Program-made: the position numbers and the translations under genes | Assembly: GCA_964016885.1 (NCBI GenBank) | Contig: OZ024743.1 | Span: 113,832,001-113,896,000, forward strand | DNA length: 64,000 nucleotides | Origin: Eledone cirrhosa | Lineage: Eukaryota | Direction: 5' to 3' | Shown: in pieces, positions 14,269-26,984 of the stretch | Layout: each line of letters begins with the position of its first letter | How positions within the stretch are numbered: the stretch's first letter is position 1 | The notes under the pieces: generated by a model | The model's database searches: none | Told to the model about the DNA's origin: nothing | What the model saw: only the letters and a program-made list of their open reading frames with translations

Positions 14269-15216
14269 CCCTATTATGCAGGGGGACAGGACTCTCAGAG
14301 CCCCCATCATCATGGTTTCTAGTGCATAACTTTTGAAAGGAAGAAAATCTTTCTTTGAAACTTGGTGACTTTTTCTAAGATTTATCCTGTTAAATGCTCA
14401 TGTAAGTGATTTTGAAAAAGAAGATTCTCCATTACTGTGAAAATGGCAGGAGTTGAACAGGGGGTATAAAATGATGATATTTTTTTGATTTTTCTGGTTA
14501 CAAAATTTTATTATTACAGACTTTGTAACTGAAACAATATTGGCAAACAACGTTATCAATCTAATGTATGTGTTTTGAGTTGCATAGCAATGGTTGCTAG
14601 GTAACTACGTTTTCATGGCAACCACACAAATTACCATGACAATAATTTTTTTTTATCCGTTTTAACATTGCATTGTTGTTGTTTCGTTTAGGAGCAAACA
14701 TGGCAAAGAACAGGTACACAACAGGGGCAATGGAAGCATTTCTGAATTTGGGCATGCCAAATCTGGTCAATTTAGTTGTAGTGATTAGTTTAGTTGTTAT
14801 TATCAAATATCAACCAAGATATTAAAAAAACTTTGATATGTGATAAACATAACATGTACATAAGTTGTAGCGCGTAAACAAATAGATGTGTGTTTTGGTA
14901 GTTTCAGGAGAAAGATATAATCTCCTCTCCCCCATAGTTTCACCGCCTTTTTATATGCAGTACCTATATCTCTGCAAAGTTTCAAAGCCATAGCTGTAGT
15001 GGTTATGGAAAAATTTTGAACATTATAAAAATACTAAATTTTAACACATCCGGGTACATCTCATGACGTCACCAGAAAAATGCTGCTGTCAGAAACAATT
15101 TTGCATATCAATGGTTTATACATATGTCAAGTTTCATTGTCATAGCATTAGTTGTTCACAATCCCCTGTCCTCCCCAGGTTTACAGAGCCTCTAAAACCC
15201 CCTATGTTTTATAGAG
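14269..15216. mobile_element. TTAA-flanked non-autonomous DNA transposon (piggyBac-like), degenerate
   Basis: ttaa|ccctattatgcaggggg...cccctatgttttatagag|ttaa, with subterminal inverted ggacagg/cctgtcc. Confidence 0.55.
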
Positions 15217-16019
15217 TTAAAGAAAGCAGTGGTTTGAGAAAAAAAAACAAAAAAAACAGACATTGAGAAAAGCTATATATGTATAACCCATGCTAGCGTG
15301 GAAAATAGACGTTAAACGATGATAATGATGAGGATGATGACGATATTGGACCAATGAACCAACACACATCGGGTATTATATATTAGAGATTGTGAGGAAG
15401 TGTCACTTTTCTTGGACTCAAGACCATTGCAATCCTATAGCAGGATGTAGCTATTAAATACATGCTGAACAAAGACAACAGTGAATTGCTTAAACCCCAC
15501 CAAGATGCTATTCAAAAGATTGATTATATCACATATCCGTAGAAGACTTTACATGTTATCAACAGCTGAACCAATATGTCGTGGTTGCTAAAACAATATA
15601 CAATGTCAGCCATAGGAAAGACAGGCTTGCTATAAATATGTATAAAAAATATTTCTCAGAACAAACATCATCATTATCACAATCATCGTTTATACATCCA
15701 TTTTTCTATGCTAGCATGCATTGAACAGGATGGTTGAGATAATGCTTACAGCTGGATGCCCTTCCTGACTCCAACCCTTTTAGTCACGTCTTACGTGATG
15801 CAGAGATACAGTGTATCTGTTGTAAAAATTGTGATACGCACAGCATGTTTTAATGCAAGGAATATTGGTTAAATATTCCCATTAAAACTTCTATTAAATA
15901 CTCATACAACAAGCTTGGTAGAGTTGTTTTTGAGAGAAAACAAAGACGATGTACCGTTACTGAGTTCATCTAACCAGTGGGTGTAAATGTTTCATTTAGA
16001 AATATCGATGTGTAACTAA

Positions 16020-16330
16020 GGCATAAGGCCAGCAATGTTGTAGGAAGGGGAAAGTTGATTAAATCAACCCCACTACTTGACTGGTTCTTTATTTTTAATG
16101 ACCTCAGAAGAATGAAAATCAAAATTGTCATCAGTGAGATTTGAAACTAGTTAAAAATAAAATTGATTTCTAATTTGGCTCAAGACCAGCAATATAGAAG
16201 GGAGTGAACATTTGATTAAATCAAATTCTGGTATTTGACTGGTACTTTATTTTATCGATGAAAAGCAAAATTGATCTCAGCAGCATTTGAACTCAGAATG
16301 TAAAGAATGAATGCCACAAATAATTTTCTC
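16020..16330 (-). mobile_element. Two degenerate SINE B-related copies in tandem
   Basis: ggccagcaat...ctggtactttattttatcga...atttgaactcagaa motifs. Confidence 0.7.
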
Positions 16331-17456
16331 TGATACTCTAATAGTTTTGGCATTCCACCCATATTTGGAAATAATGAGAAAGAGAAGAACCAGAGATAAC
16401 TGCTTTGAAACTGTCATTGAGAGCATTTGGCTGTTTTAACGGCTGTTCTAATAAATGTACGAGTATATTTTATATGAACTCTAATAAATGTACAAGTAAA
16501 GTTTGTTTGTGTAGATAAGTGTACAAACAAAAATAAAACAAGTAAGGTTGTTTACGAAAGTATTTTTCTCAACATGGTCCTTGTAGGTTACAGTAATAGT
16601 CGATTAAGAGGGGTCAGATTATAGTATCCAGGTGGAAGATCATGGAGTAATATATTTTTAAATGTACAGGCAAAACAAACACTAGGCGTGAAGTATAGAA
16701 AAAAGTGAAGAATTTTATCAAAAGTTCTTTCTTTTACATATGTTTCAATACAATATAAGTCTACATAATACTGGTTGTATAATAATATTATTATGATGCC
16801 CATTCATTAGCAATACATTAAATATTGCATTTCTTCAGAAAGATTTCAAAGTACGAGGTAAGTTTGTCCCATCTTGCAGTGAAGATATTTCTACTGCTAT
16901 CTGCTGTGAATAAAAGGCAACTGGACTAAGAGGAGAGGTAGAAAAGATATAATTTGAAGGGACAGAAAGAGTGGGAAATAAGTAAAAAAAAAAATTTAAA
17001 AAATTAGATATGAAAAAAGCAATGCGCTAGAATAGGGACAAAAAAAAAAAAAAAAAACGAGTGAAAATTTATTTTTACATAAACATGTATACACTATATA
17101 TATATAGACACACATCATACACACACACATATATATATACACATACATGCACACCTACACAAATACATACAAACGTACACACAATAATCTTCTACACAGC
17201 ATATATACATGCATACACATATACATATATTATTACATACATACACAAATACATGTAGGCTCACATGTACATACACAAATACACTTTTATGTATATAACC
17301 TAAAATCACCCAAAGGGTGGTTTTTCTGCTAGTAATAATAATAAGTGAGGTAGGAAGGGGGTAAGATCTTTTGAATGAAGTATTTGTTTTTCCTATACAT
17401 TAAAAAAAATATATATATTTATATATATATGTTTGCTGAAAATATTTATATGTATA

Positions 17457-17887
17457 TGTTTGCTGAAAATTTAAAGTGAGACTGTCACTACTCTAAAACA
17501 ATAGCATAAGGTCTTCGAAATGCTTTTAATTAAGCATACAGTGTATTGCAAAATACACTATATATATATTCATATATATATAGCTATTACAGAGCACCAA
17601 TTTTAATTTTCAATTTCTGCTTGACCGGCAACCGCTCTGTATAATCAGTTCCTGATTATTACTAGAAATTCTATAAGAATCAAACATTCATGATTTTCAG
17701 CAAACAGATGGGGTACTTGGCTTTGATAAGTACCAATCAGTATGAAACATAGCTCTGTCAGCTTTATCTCCCCTGTTTGCTGAAAATTTAAAGTAAGTGA
17801 GACTGTCACTACTCTAAAACAATAGCATAAGGTCTTCGAAATGCTTTTAATTAAGCATACAGTGTATTGCAAAATACACTATATATA
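17457..17887 (+). repeat. Direct repeat of about 110 bp (17457-17566 and 17774-17887) flanking a degenerate hammerhead; Penelope-like relic
   Basis: tgtttgctgaaaatttaaag...gcaaaatacactatat occurs twice; 17720-17762 reads gct-tTGATaA-gtac..gtat-GAAA-ca..tg-TC-agc inside a ttttcagcaaacag/ctgtttgctgaaaa stem. Confidence 0.75.
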
Positions 17888-17945
17888 CATTTATATATAT
17901 TTATATATATATATACACATACATGTGTGTGTGTGCGTGTGTAGC

Positions 17946-18332
17946 ATCATCATCATCATCATCAGTATTTAACGTCCATTTTTCCTCGGTGGCATGGGTT
18001 AGACAAGTTATCCTCTTGTAAGCAATGCTGTGTCAAGTGACCATACCTTGCTCATACAGAACTGATTTTGGCTTGGTTTCTACAGCTGGATGCCCTTTCT
18101 AGCACCAACCTCATTTACAGTGAGTACTGGGTGCTTTTTATCGTGATACCTACATGACCACTTTACAGTGTGGGCTGGGTGCTTTTTATCGTGATACCTA
18201 CATGACCACTTTACAGTGTGGGCTGGGTGCTTTTTGTCATGACACCTACACAACCACTTTACAGTGTGGACTGGGGGCATTTTGTCGTGACACCTACGTG
18301 ACCACTTTACAGTGTGGGCTGGGCACTTTTTT
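17946..18332 (-). mobile_element. Older V-like SINE 3' portion with about 4.5 tandem 48-bp units
   Basis: (cat)n tail, ctacagctggatgccctt, repeated tttacagtgtgggctgggtgctttttatcgtgatacctacatgaccac. Confidence 0.8.
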
Positions 18333-19110
18333 AGTGGAGAAGCCTCTGTATTTTAATTAACTTATATGCAGTAAGAGCTAATTTTACCACAAATTACACC
18401 CAACTATCTTGCTTGAAAATATAAGATGATGGGTGGAATCCCTTTGTTCATAGATTTGTAACAACAGCAACATCTAATAATTGGCACACTTATGTCCTTC
18501 GATACCAACCAGGCCCCAAACTGTCTCTAGTTCAGTAAAACAAGCCCATCCATAGTCTAGTATAATACTAAAAGTCTGCGAATGCTTGCTTGCTAGCTTG
18601 TCTGTAATATTATACAGCCAAAAGGGCGCATAATGGGAAAATACTTTGAAAGGAAGTTGCCGCTGAAATGGGAATACAAATGAAAGAAAACAAGTTTCGC
18701 GTAAATCGGTACACGGGTTCCCGAGATATGGGGTTTTTCCGGGTACCTTCATAAACAGAGAGAGAGATATTTATATATGTACATACACACACATATATAT
18801 ATGGGCCTTCCAGTTTCATTTCACATTATATACATACACGTCTGTATATATTTTAATTATTTAAAAATTATTTTTAAGTGAGCATGGTTTTTTAAAAATA
18901 TTTTGAAGTGAACGTGACCGAATGTGTCACGGGTGGTCTAATTTAAATTAAAACTTTCCAACATAATTTAAAATAAGAATCCTTTAAGATATGTTACAAA
19001 TACCATCTTTTTTAATGTTGTTCTTTTTATTAATAAAAATCCAAAAAATCATAAGCAAATATATTTTAATATATAGATATGTATATAAATATATATATAT
19101 ATGTATATAA

Positions 19111-19141
<31 letters not shown>

Positions 19142-19170
19142 TATATACATATGTATATATATATATATAT

Positions 19171-19527
19171 ATCATTTCATTTTTCATCATCATTTCATTT
19201 TACGTTCGCTTTTCCCTGGTTGCAAGGGTGGGACGGGAACTGATTCTGGCTCGATTTCTACAGCTGGATGCCCTTCCTAACACCAACCTCATTTACAGTG
19301 AGTGCTGGGTGCTTTTTTTGCCGTGGCACCTCAACGACCACTTTGCAGTGGAATGATAGGGACCCCAATCCCTATCAACTCATTTCTACAGCTGAGTAAA
19401 CTGGAGCAATGTGAAATAAAGTGTCTTGCTCAAGGAAACAACACATCATCCGGTCTGAGAATTGAACTCACAACCTTTTGATTGTAAGGCCAATGCTCTA
19501 ACACTAAGCCATGTGCCATGTGCCTCC
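19171..19527 (-). mobile_element. SINE family A, full length, within (TA)n
   Basis: Near-identical to the copy at 11261-11619. Confidence 0.92.
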
Positions 19528-19588
19528 ATATGTATATAAATATATATATATATGTGTGTATATATATATATGTGTATATATATATGTG

Positions 19589-19621
<33 letters not shown>

Positions 19622-19888
19622 GTAAATAATATATATATATATATGTATATAATATATATATATATATGTATATATGTGTATATATATATATGTATATAAT
19701 ATATATATATATATGTGTATATATATATATATGTATATATATATGTATATATATATATATATATCGGCAATATAAGCTTGTCTTTATTGACTTATATCGA
19801 GACAGACAAATTGTATTTACTTTAATTAGTTTATTTCATTACTAGCTAACTTTGTTTGTTACAATACAAACACGTTTTGTGTTTATCA

Positions 19889-19939
<51 letters not shown>

Positions 19940-20000
19940 TTATGTATATATATATATATATATGTATGTATATAAATATATATATATATGTATATATATA

Positions 20001-20882
20001 TCATCATCATCATCATCATCAACGTTTAACGTCCGTGTTCCACGCTTGCATGGGTTTGGACGGGGGTAGTCCCACTTGAGGCAAGAGTGATTGTCTTGCT
20101 CGCATAGGACTGTCTGGCAGGTTTTCTACAGTTGGATGCCCTTCCTAACACCAACCACATTTACAGTGTGGGTCTGGGAGGTTTTTACCGTGTTGCCTAC
20201 ACGGCCACATTACAGCGTGGACTGTGTGTTTTTTTTGTCGTGACACATACACGATCTCATTTGTTTCGGCCTCGATGGCGCGGCACCAACATAACTTTAC
20301 ATAGAACGGGGTGGTGTGGATGAGGTGGGGGTGGTGGTGGTGGGACGGGGTGTATTTTGTTAGAGATGCCTACTGGTTGGAGTAGGTTTTACTATATATT
20401 TAGGTAAGGCGGGTCTTCTCTGTTACTGAGTACCGCCAAAGGTCTCGGTCCAGTGACATTGTCTTGGAGAGGTGTAAGTGTGTGATGTCGGAGTTTATCA
20501 GCTCGTCCCATGTTTTTCTAGGTCTGCCTATTCCGTGACTACCGTCTATCTTTATTGCCCTGCACTTTGTTATACAGCTATCGACTTTCATGCGCATCAC
20601 GTGTCCATACCAACGTAGCCTTCTCTCGAGTAAACAACATCTGATCCCTCTTATCTCTAATTTTTTCCTTAGTTCGTTTATGCTTTGCCGTTCACGTATA
20701 TTACTGTTACACATCCAGCGGAGCATGCAAGCTCCGTTCCTCTCTAGTCTGCGTATATCCTCTGCACACAATGCCCAGGTCTCACTGCCATGCAGCATTG
20801 CTGTTCGTATGCAGGCATCGTACAACCTGCCTTTCATTTTTAGGGAGAACCCTTTAGCAGCTAATAGTGGTATAAGCTCTCT
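20001..20882 (-). mobile_element. RTE LINE family A, 5'-truncated (C-terminal about 160 aa plus long 3' UTR)
   Basis: RELIPLL...[12 protein letters not shown]...GRPRKTW...EKTRLT*, a few substitutions from the full copy; (cat)n tail; (TA)n at both ends. Confidence 0.96.
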
Positions 20883-20889
20883 ATATATA

Positions 20890-21087
<198 letters not shown>

Positions 21088-21303
21088 GATATATATATGT
21101 ATATGTATATATATATATGTATGTATATAAATATATATATATGTATATAAATATATATATATATGTATATGTATATAAATATATATATATGTATATAAAT
21201 ATGTATATATATGTATATAAATATATATATATATGTATATAAATATATATATATAGATGTATATAAATATATATATATATGTATATAAATATATATATAT
21301 ATG

Positions 21304-21350
<47 letters not shown>

Positions 21351-21354
21351 AAAT

Positions 21355-21388
<34 letters not shown>

Positions 21389-21444
21389 GTATAAATATAT
21401 ATATATATATATGCATAAATATATATATATATATATATATATAT

Positions 21445-24440
21445 GCTCTAACGAGGTTGTAGAAATGCTTGAACGTAAGGAGGTCGATGTTTGTTGTATT
21501 CAAGAGACCAGGTGGAGGGGAGGGTCGGCTAGATTCATCGTGGGTAAAGAACGATGCTATAAGCTTTTCTGGGTGGGAAATGACAATGGGTTGGGTGGGG
21601 TAGGAATCATGGTAGCAGAAAAGTGGGCAGATAAGATAATAGACGTAAATAGAGTGAACGGCAGAATAATTAAAATAAGACTTGTCCTCAATAAAACTAC
21701 GGTGACAGTAATATCTGCGTACGCACCACAATCCGGACTGCCCGGTGCTATAAAAGACAGATTCTACGAGACACTGATGCTCGCTACCTCCCAAATAACC
21801 GACAGTGACTATATAGTTATTGCAGGCGACCTAAATGGTCACGTTGGACAACATTGTGACGGCTATGACGGAATCCATGGAGGCTATGGGTTCGGTACTA
21901 GAAATAAGGAAGGCTCCAGAATCCTGGAATTCTGCGACGCAAATAACTTAACTATCTGTAACACTAACTTCAAAAAACGAGACAATCACTTGATCACCTA
22001 TAAATCGGGGGAACACACAAGCCAGGTAGATTATATCCTTACCAGAAGACGTGACAGAGTGTCTGTTGTTAACACTAAATCCCTCCCCCATGAAGAATTC
22101 ACCTCCCAACATAGACTGATAATTAGCGACCTCATAGTTAGGACGAGACGTACTAGACAGCGGAAGAGGACTATCCTCAGGAGAAAAATATGGAAGCTAA
22201 AGGACCCCATAGCCAGAAATAAATTTCAAAGCATATTACTTGACGCTTTCGACAGTAAGGAAGAGCAATTAGAGTCGTATAATATAGAGAAACAGTGGGA
22301 ATTCCTGAGAGCAAACCTGCTGACGGCGGCAGACGAAGTCTGTGGCTGGAGCAGGCCTGTAGGTAGGAGGAGAGTAACATGGTGGTGGAACAGTAAGGTG
22401 GAGGAGTCAATTAAGGCCAAAAAGCAGACTTGGAAAGCATGGCGGGATGGGGGAAGTAGAGAAGACTATCAAGTGGCCAGGAGGGAAGCTAGGAGACAAG
22501 TGTACTTCGCAAGAAGGGAAGCAGAGGAAAGAAAGTTCAAGCATGTTCTACAACGTGAGGACCAAAAACGTGAGGTGTTCAGGATTGCCAGGCAATGTGT
22601 CAAGGAAAACCGTGATATTGTCGGGGAGAAGTGTGTACTTAACGATGATGGCATACTTGCCATCACCGATGCTGATAAGAAGGTAGCTTGGAAGTGTCAC
22701 TACGAAAGGCTTCTAAATGAGGAGAACAAATGGGAGAAAGACAGTCTCCCCCACATCGACCCAATAGAGGGACCAGCAGTGATAGTCCAGGGTAGTACAA
22801 TAAGCAAGGCAATCAAAGATATGAAGACGGGTAAGGCGGCTGGTCCTTCGGAAATAGTTGCTGAGATGCTGAAGGCATCTGGTTCGGTGGGACACACCAT
22901 GGTCACCCGGATAGTTAACCAAGTCGTACAGAATGGGGTTGTTCCGAAGGACTGGCGTAGCAGCATCATCGTTAAGTGCTATAAGGGAAAAGGAGATGCC
23001 CTAGATAGGAGTAACTATAGAGGCATTAAATTAATCGACCAGGTCATGAAGGTCACGGAAAAAGTAATAGCGCAACTAATCAGAGAGAGAATTGACCTAG
23101 ATGAAATGCAGTTCGGATTTGTGTCAGGTAAAAGTACCACAGACGCTCTTTTCATTGTACGACAACTACAGGAGAAGTACCTAGCTAAAAGTAAACCCCT
23201 ATACTTAGCTTTCGTCGACTTGGAGAAAGCCTTCGACAGATTCCCCCGTTCCATTATCTGGTGGTCTCTTAGAAAACTAGGTGTTGACGAATGGCTTGTG
23301 AGAGCTATACAAGCCATGTATAAAGAAACAGTCAGTAAGGTTAGAATTAACAACGAATATAGTGAAGAGTTTAGCGTAAAAGTTGGTGTCCATCAGGGCT
23401 CTGTTCTTAGCCCCCTACTATTTATTATTGCCCTTCAGGCTATAACAGAGGAGTTCAAGACCAGCTGCCCATGGGAACTCCTATACGCAGACGATCTAAC
23501 GCTCATAGCTGAATCAATGACCGAACTAGAGAAGAAATTCCAAACATGGAAGCACGGCCTAGAATCAAAAGGCCTTAAAATTAACCTGGCTAAGACTAAA
23601 GTTCTAGTTTGTAGGAAAGAAAATAAGGCGGCAGTCCCATCTGGGAAATGGCCATGCTCAGTGTGTAGGAAAGGCGTAGGTAGAAACTCCATTTTATGTC
23701 CCAAATGCAAAGTATGGGTGCATAAAAGATGTAGTGGGATCACAGGTAAGCTAACTAAGAACATAGATTTTACATGTGGCCGGTGCTCTGGTGCAATAAG
23801 TAGCAGCAAGTGCCCACAAAATACTATCTCCTTCAACTGCGCAGAGGGTTCTATAGAAATAGTGGACAGCTTCCGTTACCTGGGTGACAAAATCAGCAGT
23901 GGGGGAGGGTGCTCTGAAAGTACAGTAGCTAGAGTCAGAACTGGATGGAAAAAGTTCAGAGAGCTTATACCACTATTAGTCGCTAGAGGGTTCTCCCTAA
24001 AAATGAAAGGCAGGTTATACGATGCCTGCATACGAACAGCAATGCTGCATGGCAGTGAGACCTGGGCATTGTGTGCAGAGGATATACGCAGACTAGAGAG
24101 GAACGAAGCTTGCATGCTCCGCTGGATGTGCAATAGTAATATACGTGAACGGCAAAGCATAAACGAACTAAGGAAAAAATTAGAAATAAGAGGGATCAGA
24201 TGTTGTTTACTCGAGAGAAGGCTACGTTGGTACGGTCACGTGATGCGCATGAAAGACGACAGCTGTATAACAAAGTGCAGGGCAATAAAGATAGACGGTA
24301 GTCACGGAATAGGCAGACCTAGAAAAACATGGGACGAGCTGATAAATTCCGACCTCACATGCTTACACCTCTCCAAGACAATGTCACTGGACCGAGACCT
24401 TTGGCGGTACTCAGTAATAGAGAAGACCCGCCTTACCTAA
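21445..24440 (+). CDS. RTE ORF: AP endonuclease, reverse transcriptase and PHD finger; N-terminus missing (the ATG at 21387 comes from the microsatellite)
   Basis: [34 protein letters not shown] (APE); [43 protein letters not shown] (RT); C4HC3 at 23655-23786; no stop for about 998 codons. Confidence 0.95.
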
Positions 24441-24941
24441 ATACAAAGTAAAAACCTACTACAGTCAGTAGGCATCTCTATCAAAACACCCCCACGTCCC
24501 ACCACCTCCACCCCATCCACACCGCCCCTTTCAATGTAAAGTTATGTTGGTCCCACAACATCCAGGCCGAAACAAATGAGATCGTGTAGGTGTCACGACA
24601 AAAAAACACACAGTCCACGCTGTAAATGTGGCCGTGTAGGCAACACGGTAAAAACCTCCCAGCCCCACACTGTAAATGTGGTTGGTGTTAGGAAGGGCAT
24701 CCAGCTGTAGAAAACCCGCCAGACAGTCCACGCTGTAATGTGGCCGTGTAGGCAACACGGTAAAAACCTCCCAGCCCCACACTGTAAATGTGGTTGGTGT
24801 TAGGAAGGGCATCCAACTGTAGAAAACCCGCCAGACAGTCCTATGCGAGCAAGACAACCACTCTTGCCTCAAGTGGGAAAACCCCCGTCCAAACCCATGC
24901 AAGCGTGGAACACGGACGCTAAACCTGATGATGATGATGAT
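21445..24941 (+). mobile_element. RTE LINE family A, nearly full length
   Basis: Single APE-RT ORF, 3' UTR of about 500 bp, (tga)n tail, flanked by (TA)n. Confidence 0.97.
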
Positions 24942-24966
24942 ATATATGTATAAATATATATATATA

Positions 24967-25148
24967 GCATTCACATTACTCAATATATACTATTATATGT
25001 TCATGGTAAAGGCTTTACCTCACACAATATCTCAAATAATATCGAATCTATGAGATTTTGAAAGTATTTATTTTGAGAACAATACCTTAAGATCAGTTTG
25101 AGCAACCAGTTACAGCCAGTTTCAACAGAAAGAGGTAGAGAATTCTGG
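24967..25148 (-). mobile_element. TTAA/CCCTTT-ended MITE (same family as 42866-43080 and about 59200-59372)
   Basis: gcattcacattactc...ggccggtttgaatattaaaggg|ttaa matches the reverse complement of 42866-43080. Confidence 0.7.
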
Positions 25149-25419
25149 CCGGTTTGAATATTAAAGGGTTAAATAACAACAACACTTCAGATATTTAAAA
25201 ATGAAAAATGAAGGGAAAGGCAAGGGCTCTGGTGTCACAGGAGAAGGGGGGAGTGATGGGCTCTGGACCTAGGGTGTGGCAGTGTTGGGGCCTGTGCCAT
25301 GCGGACAAGACCGCAAAAGCATTTCCACGGACAATGGCCAGCGACACCCACTAAAATAACCACCCCTCTTAATATTGAAATAATACTTTTAGTGAATCCC
25401 TTCATTAATTAATTCAAAT

Positions 25420-25605
25420 GGCGGTGGATTGGCAGTATCGGTAGAGGATTGGACGCCATGTTTTGACACATAGAGTTACGGCCCTTGCCATTCTGAGTTC
25501 AAATCCCGCCGAGGTTAACTTTGCCTTTCATCCTTACGGGGTCGATAAAATAAAGTACCAGTAATGCACTGGGTAATTGCTGGCCTTGTGCCAAAAGTAG
25601 AAACA
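25420..25605 (+). mobile_element. SINE family B, full length, with 16-bp TSD
   Basis: attaattaattcaaat at 25404-25419 and 25606-25621 flanks the element. Confidence 0.93.
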
Positions 25606-26660
25606 ATTAATTAATTCAAATGCTGTGTAAAACGGGAAAGGTGCTTTTGTGGAAGGTTAGCAGTGGCCCATGTATGCCAGTCTTCGCTCTAACTCCATGC
25701 CACCAATGTTGTCCGAATGAGGGGCAAAAGCTGATACAGCTTAGCACAGTGATGTCACAACTCTTTTTTTTTTTTTTTTTTTGTCAGCTGAATGAATTGT
25801 AGCTATGTAAAATAATATCTTGCTCAAGAATACAACACACCACCTAACACAGAAATCAAACTCACAACCTCACGATTGTGAATCCAACTCTCTAACCACT
25901 AAACCACACATATTTATTTGTATTTCATTAAAAATATGGTAACAAAAGGGTTTAGAAAAATGTAGAATTTTCATTGAAACTGGTTCAGTGGAAATATGTA
26001 AGATTTTTCTCAAATTTGAGTATTTCTAAAACCATAAAACAAAAACATGACTGGGCTCATATTTGATCTTTTTCATTAAGGATTTTACATATTTCCTTAT
26101 TAGTTCTTTATATTTGATTTAGAACAATAACATTACTAAATTCATAAATCTATTAAAACTGCACAGCCGTATTTTTAGAAGAATGCTGTTGGCATATTTG
26201 GAATATTTTGCAAACAAAATGTCATTTGTACCAGAGAGCACTAGGGAAGTTCTAAGAATATCCAGTGTTGAAGATTTCACTAGTATTCTGAAGATGGAGC
26301 TGTGAAGACCTTGAAACATAAATAGACATATGAATCTTGAAACACTGTTGTTCCAAAGGAAACAAAGATTTAATAAAGGAATATGCAAAAATCCTTCATA
26401 AAAAAACCTCAAACATAAACACAATCTTGTTTTCAATAAAACAAGGATGAATATATTGTGTTGGAAACTCCCATGTGACCATTGTGAGTAATTGCTTCTA
26501 TCTTTTTAGGAGGCAAATATAATTACTATATACTATATGTGTGTGTACATACATATATACATGCATGCATACATACATATGCATATATATGTGTGTATGG
26601 AAAGATAGACATAAAATGATAATGATGATATGTATACACATATAAATACTCACATGTGTA

Positions 26661-26881
26661 TTTTTTTCTCCCCAATTCTTTTTTCTCATTTTCCTCGTTC
26701 CTTCCTCGCATCACTCTTTACTTTCTATTTATCTTCTATTTCTAACTCTATCTTCTGATGAAGGACTAGTGTCTGAAACGTTAAGACTCTCTTCCTGTTA
26801 CTTCAAGCGTTAAACTAATATATTTCTTCCATGTATCCTGCTGTTTGTTTTGTTATTTCTGTTATTTCTGTTTACCTTTTA
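26661..26881 (+). mobile_element. Penelope-like terminal repeat relic (second copy at 35405-35606)
   Basis: Pyrimidine-rich repeat of about 210 bp shared between the two loci, carrying a minimal hammerhead. Confidence 0.78.
26751..26786 (+). ncRNA. Minimal type I hammerhead ribozyme motif
   Basis: UCUU-CUGAUGA-a-GGAC(uagu)GUCU-GAAA-CG-UU-AAGA; palindromic loopless stem III as in Penelope-associated hammerheads. Confidence 0.78.
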
Positions 26882-26984
26882 CACACACACACGCACGCGC
26901 ACACGCATGCACACACACATGCACACACAGGCACACACTCACACACGTACACACAGGCATACATGCACACACATATACATACAT

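Noticed and set aside
16839-16857. 19-nt plus-strand microexon (ttcttcag/gtaagt)
   Set aside because: Good splice signals, but not frame-preserving and no supporting neighbouring exons; expected by chance in 64 kb.
18110-18330. Regularly spaced repeats resembling a CRISPR array (also 5273-5454 and 51865-52725)
   Set aside because: Whole units repeat with no unique spacers; eukaryotic context; no cas genes.
18690-18945. Non-autonomous Helitron-like ends (gtgac..gtcac hairpin followed by gtctaat)
   Set aside because: The terminal CTAG is imperfect and the two putative ends have inconsistent orientations.
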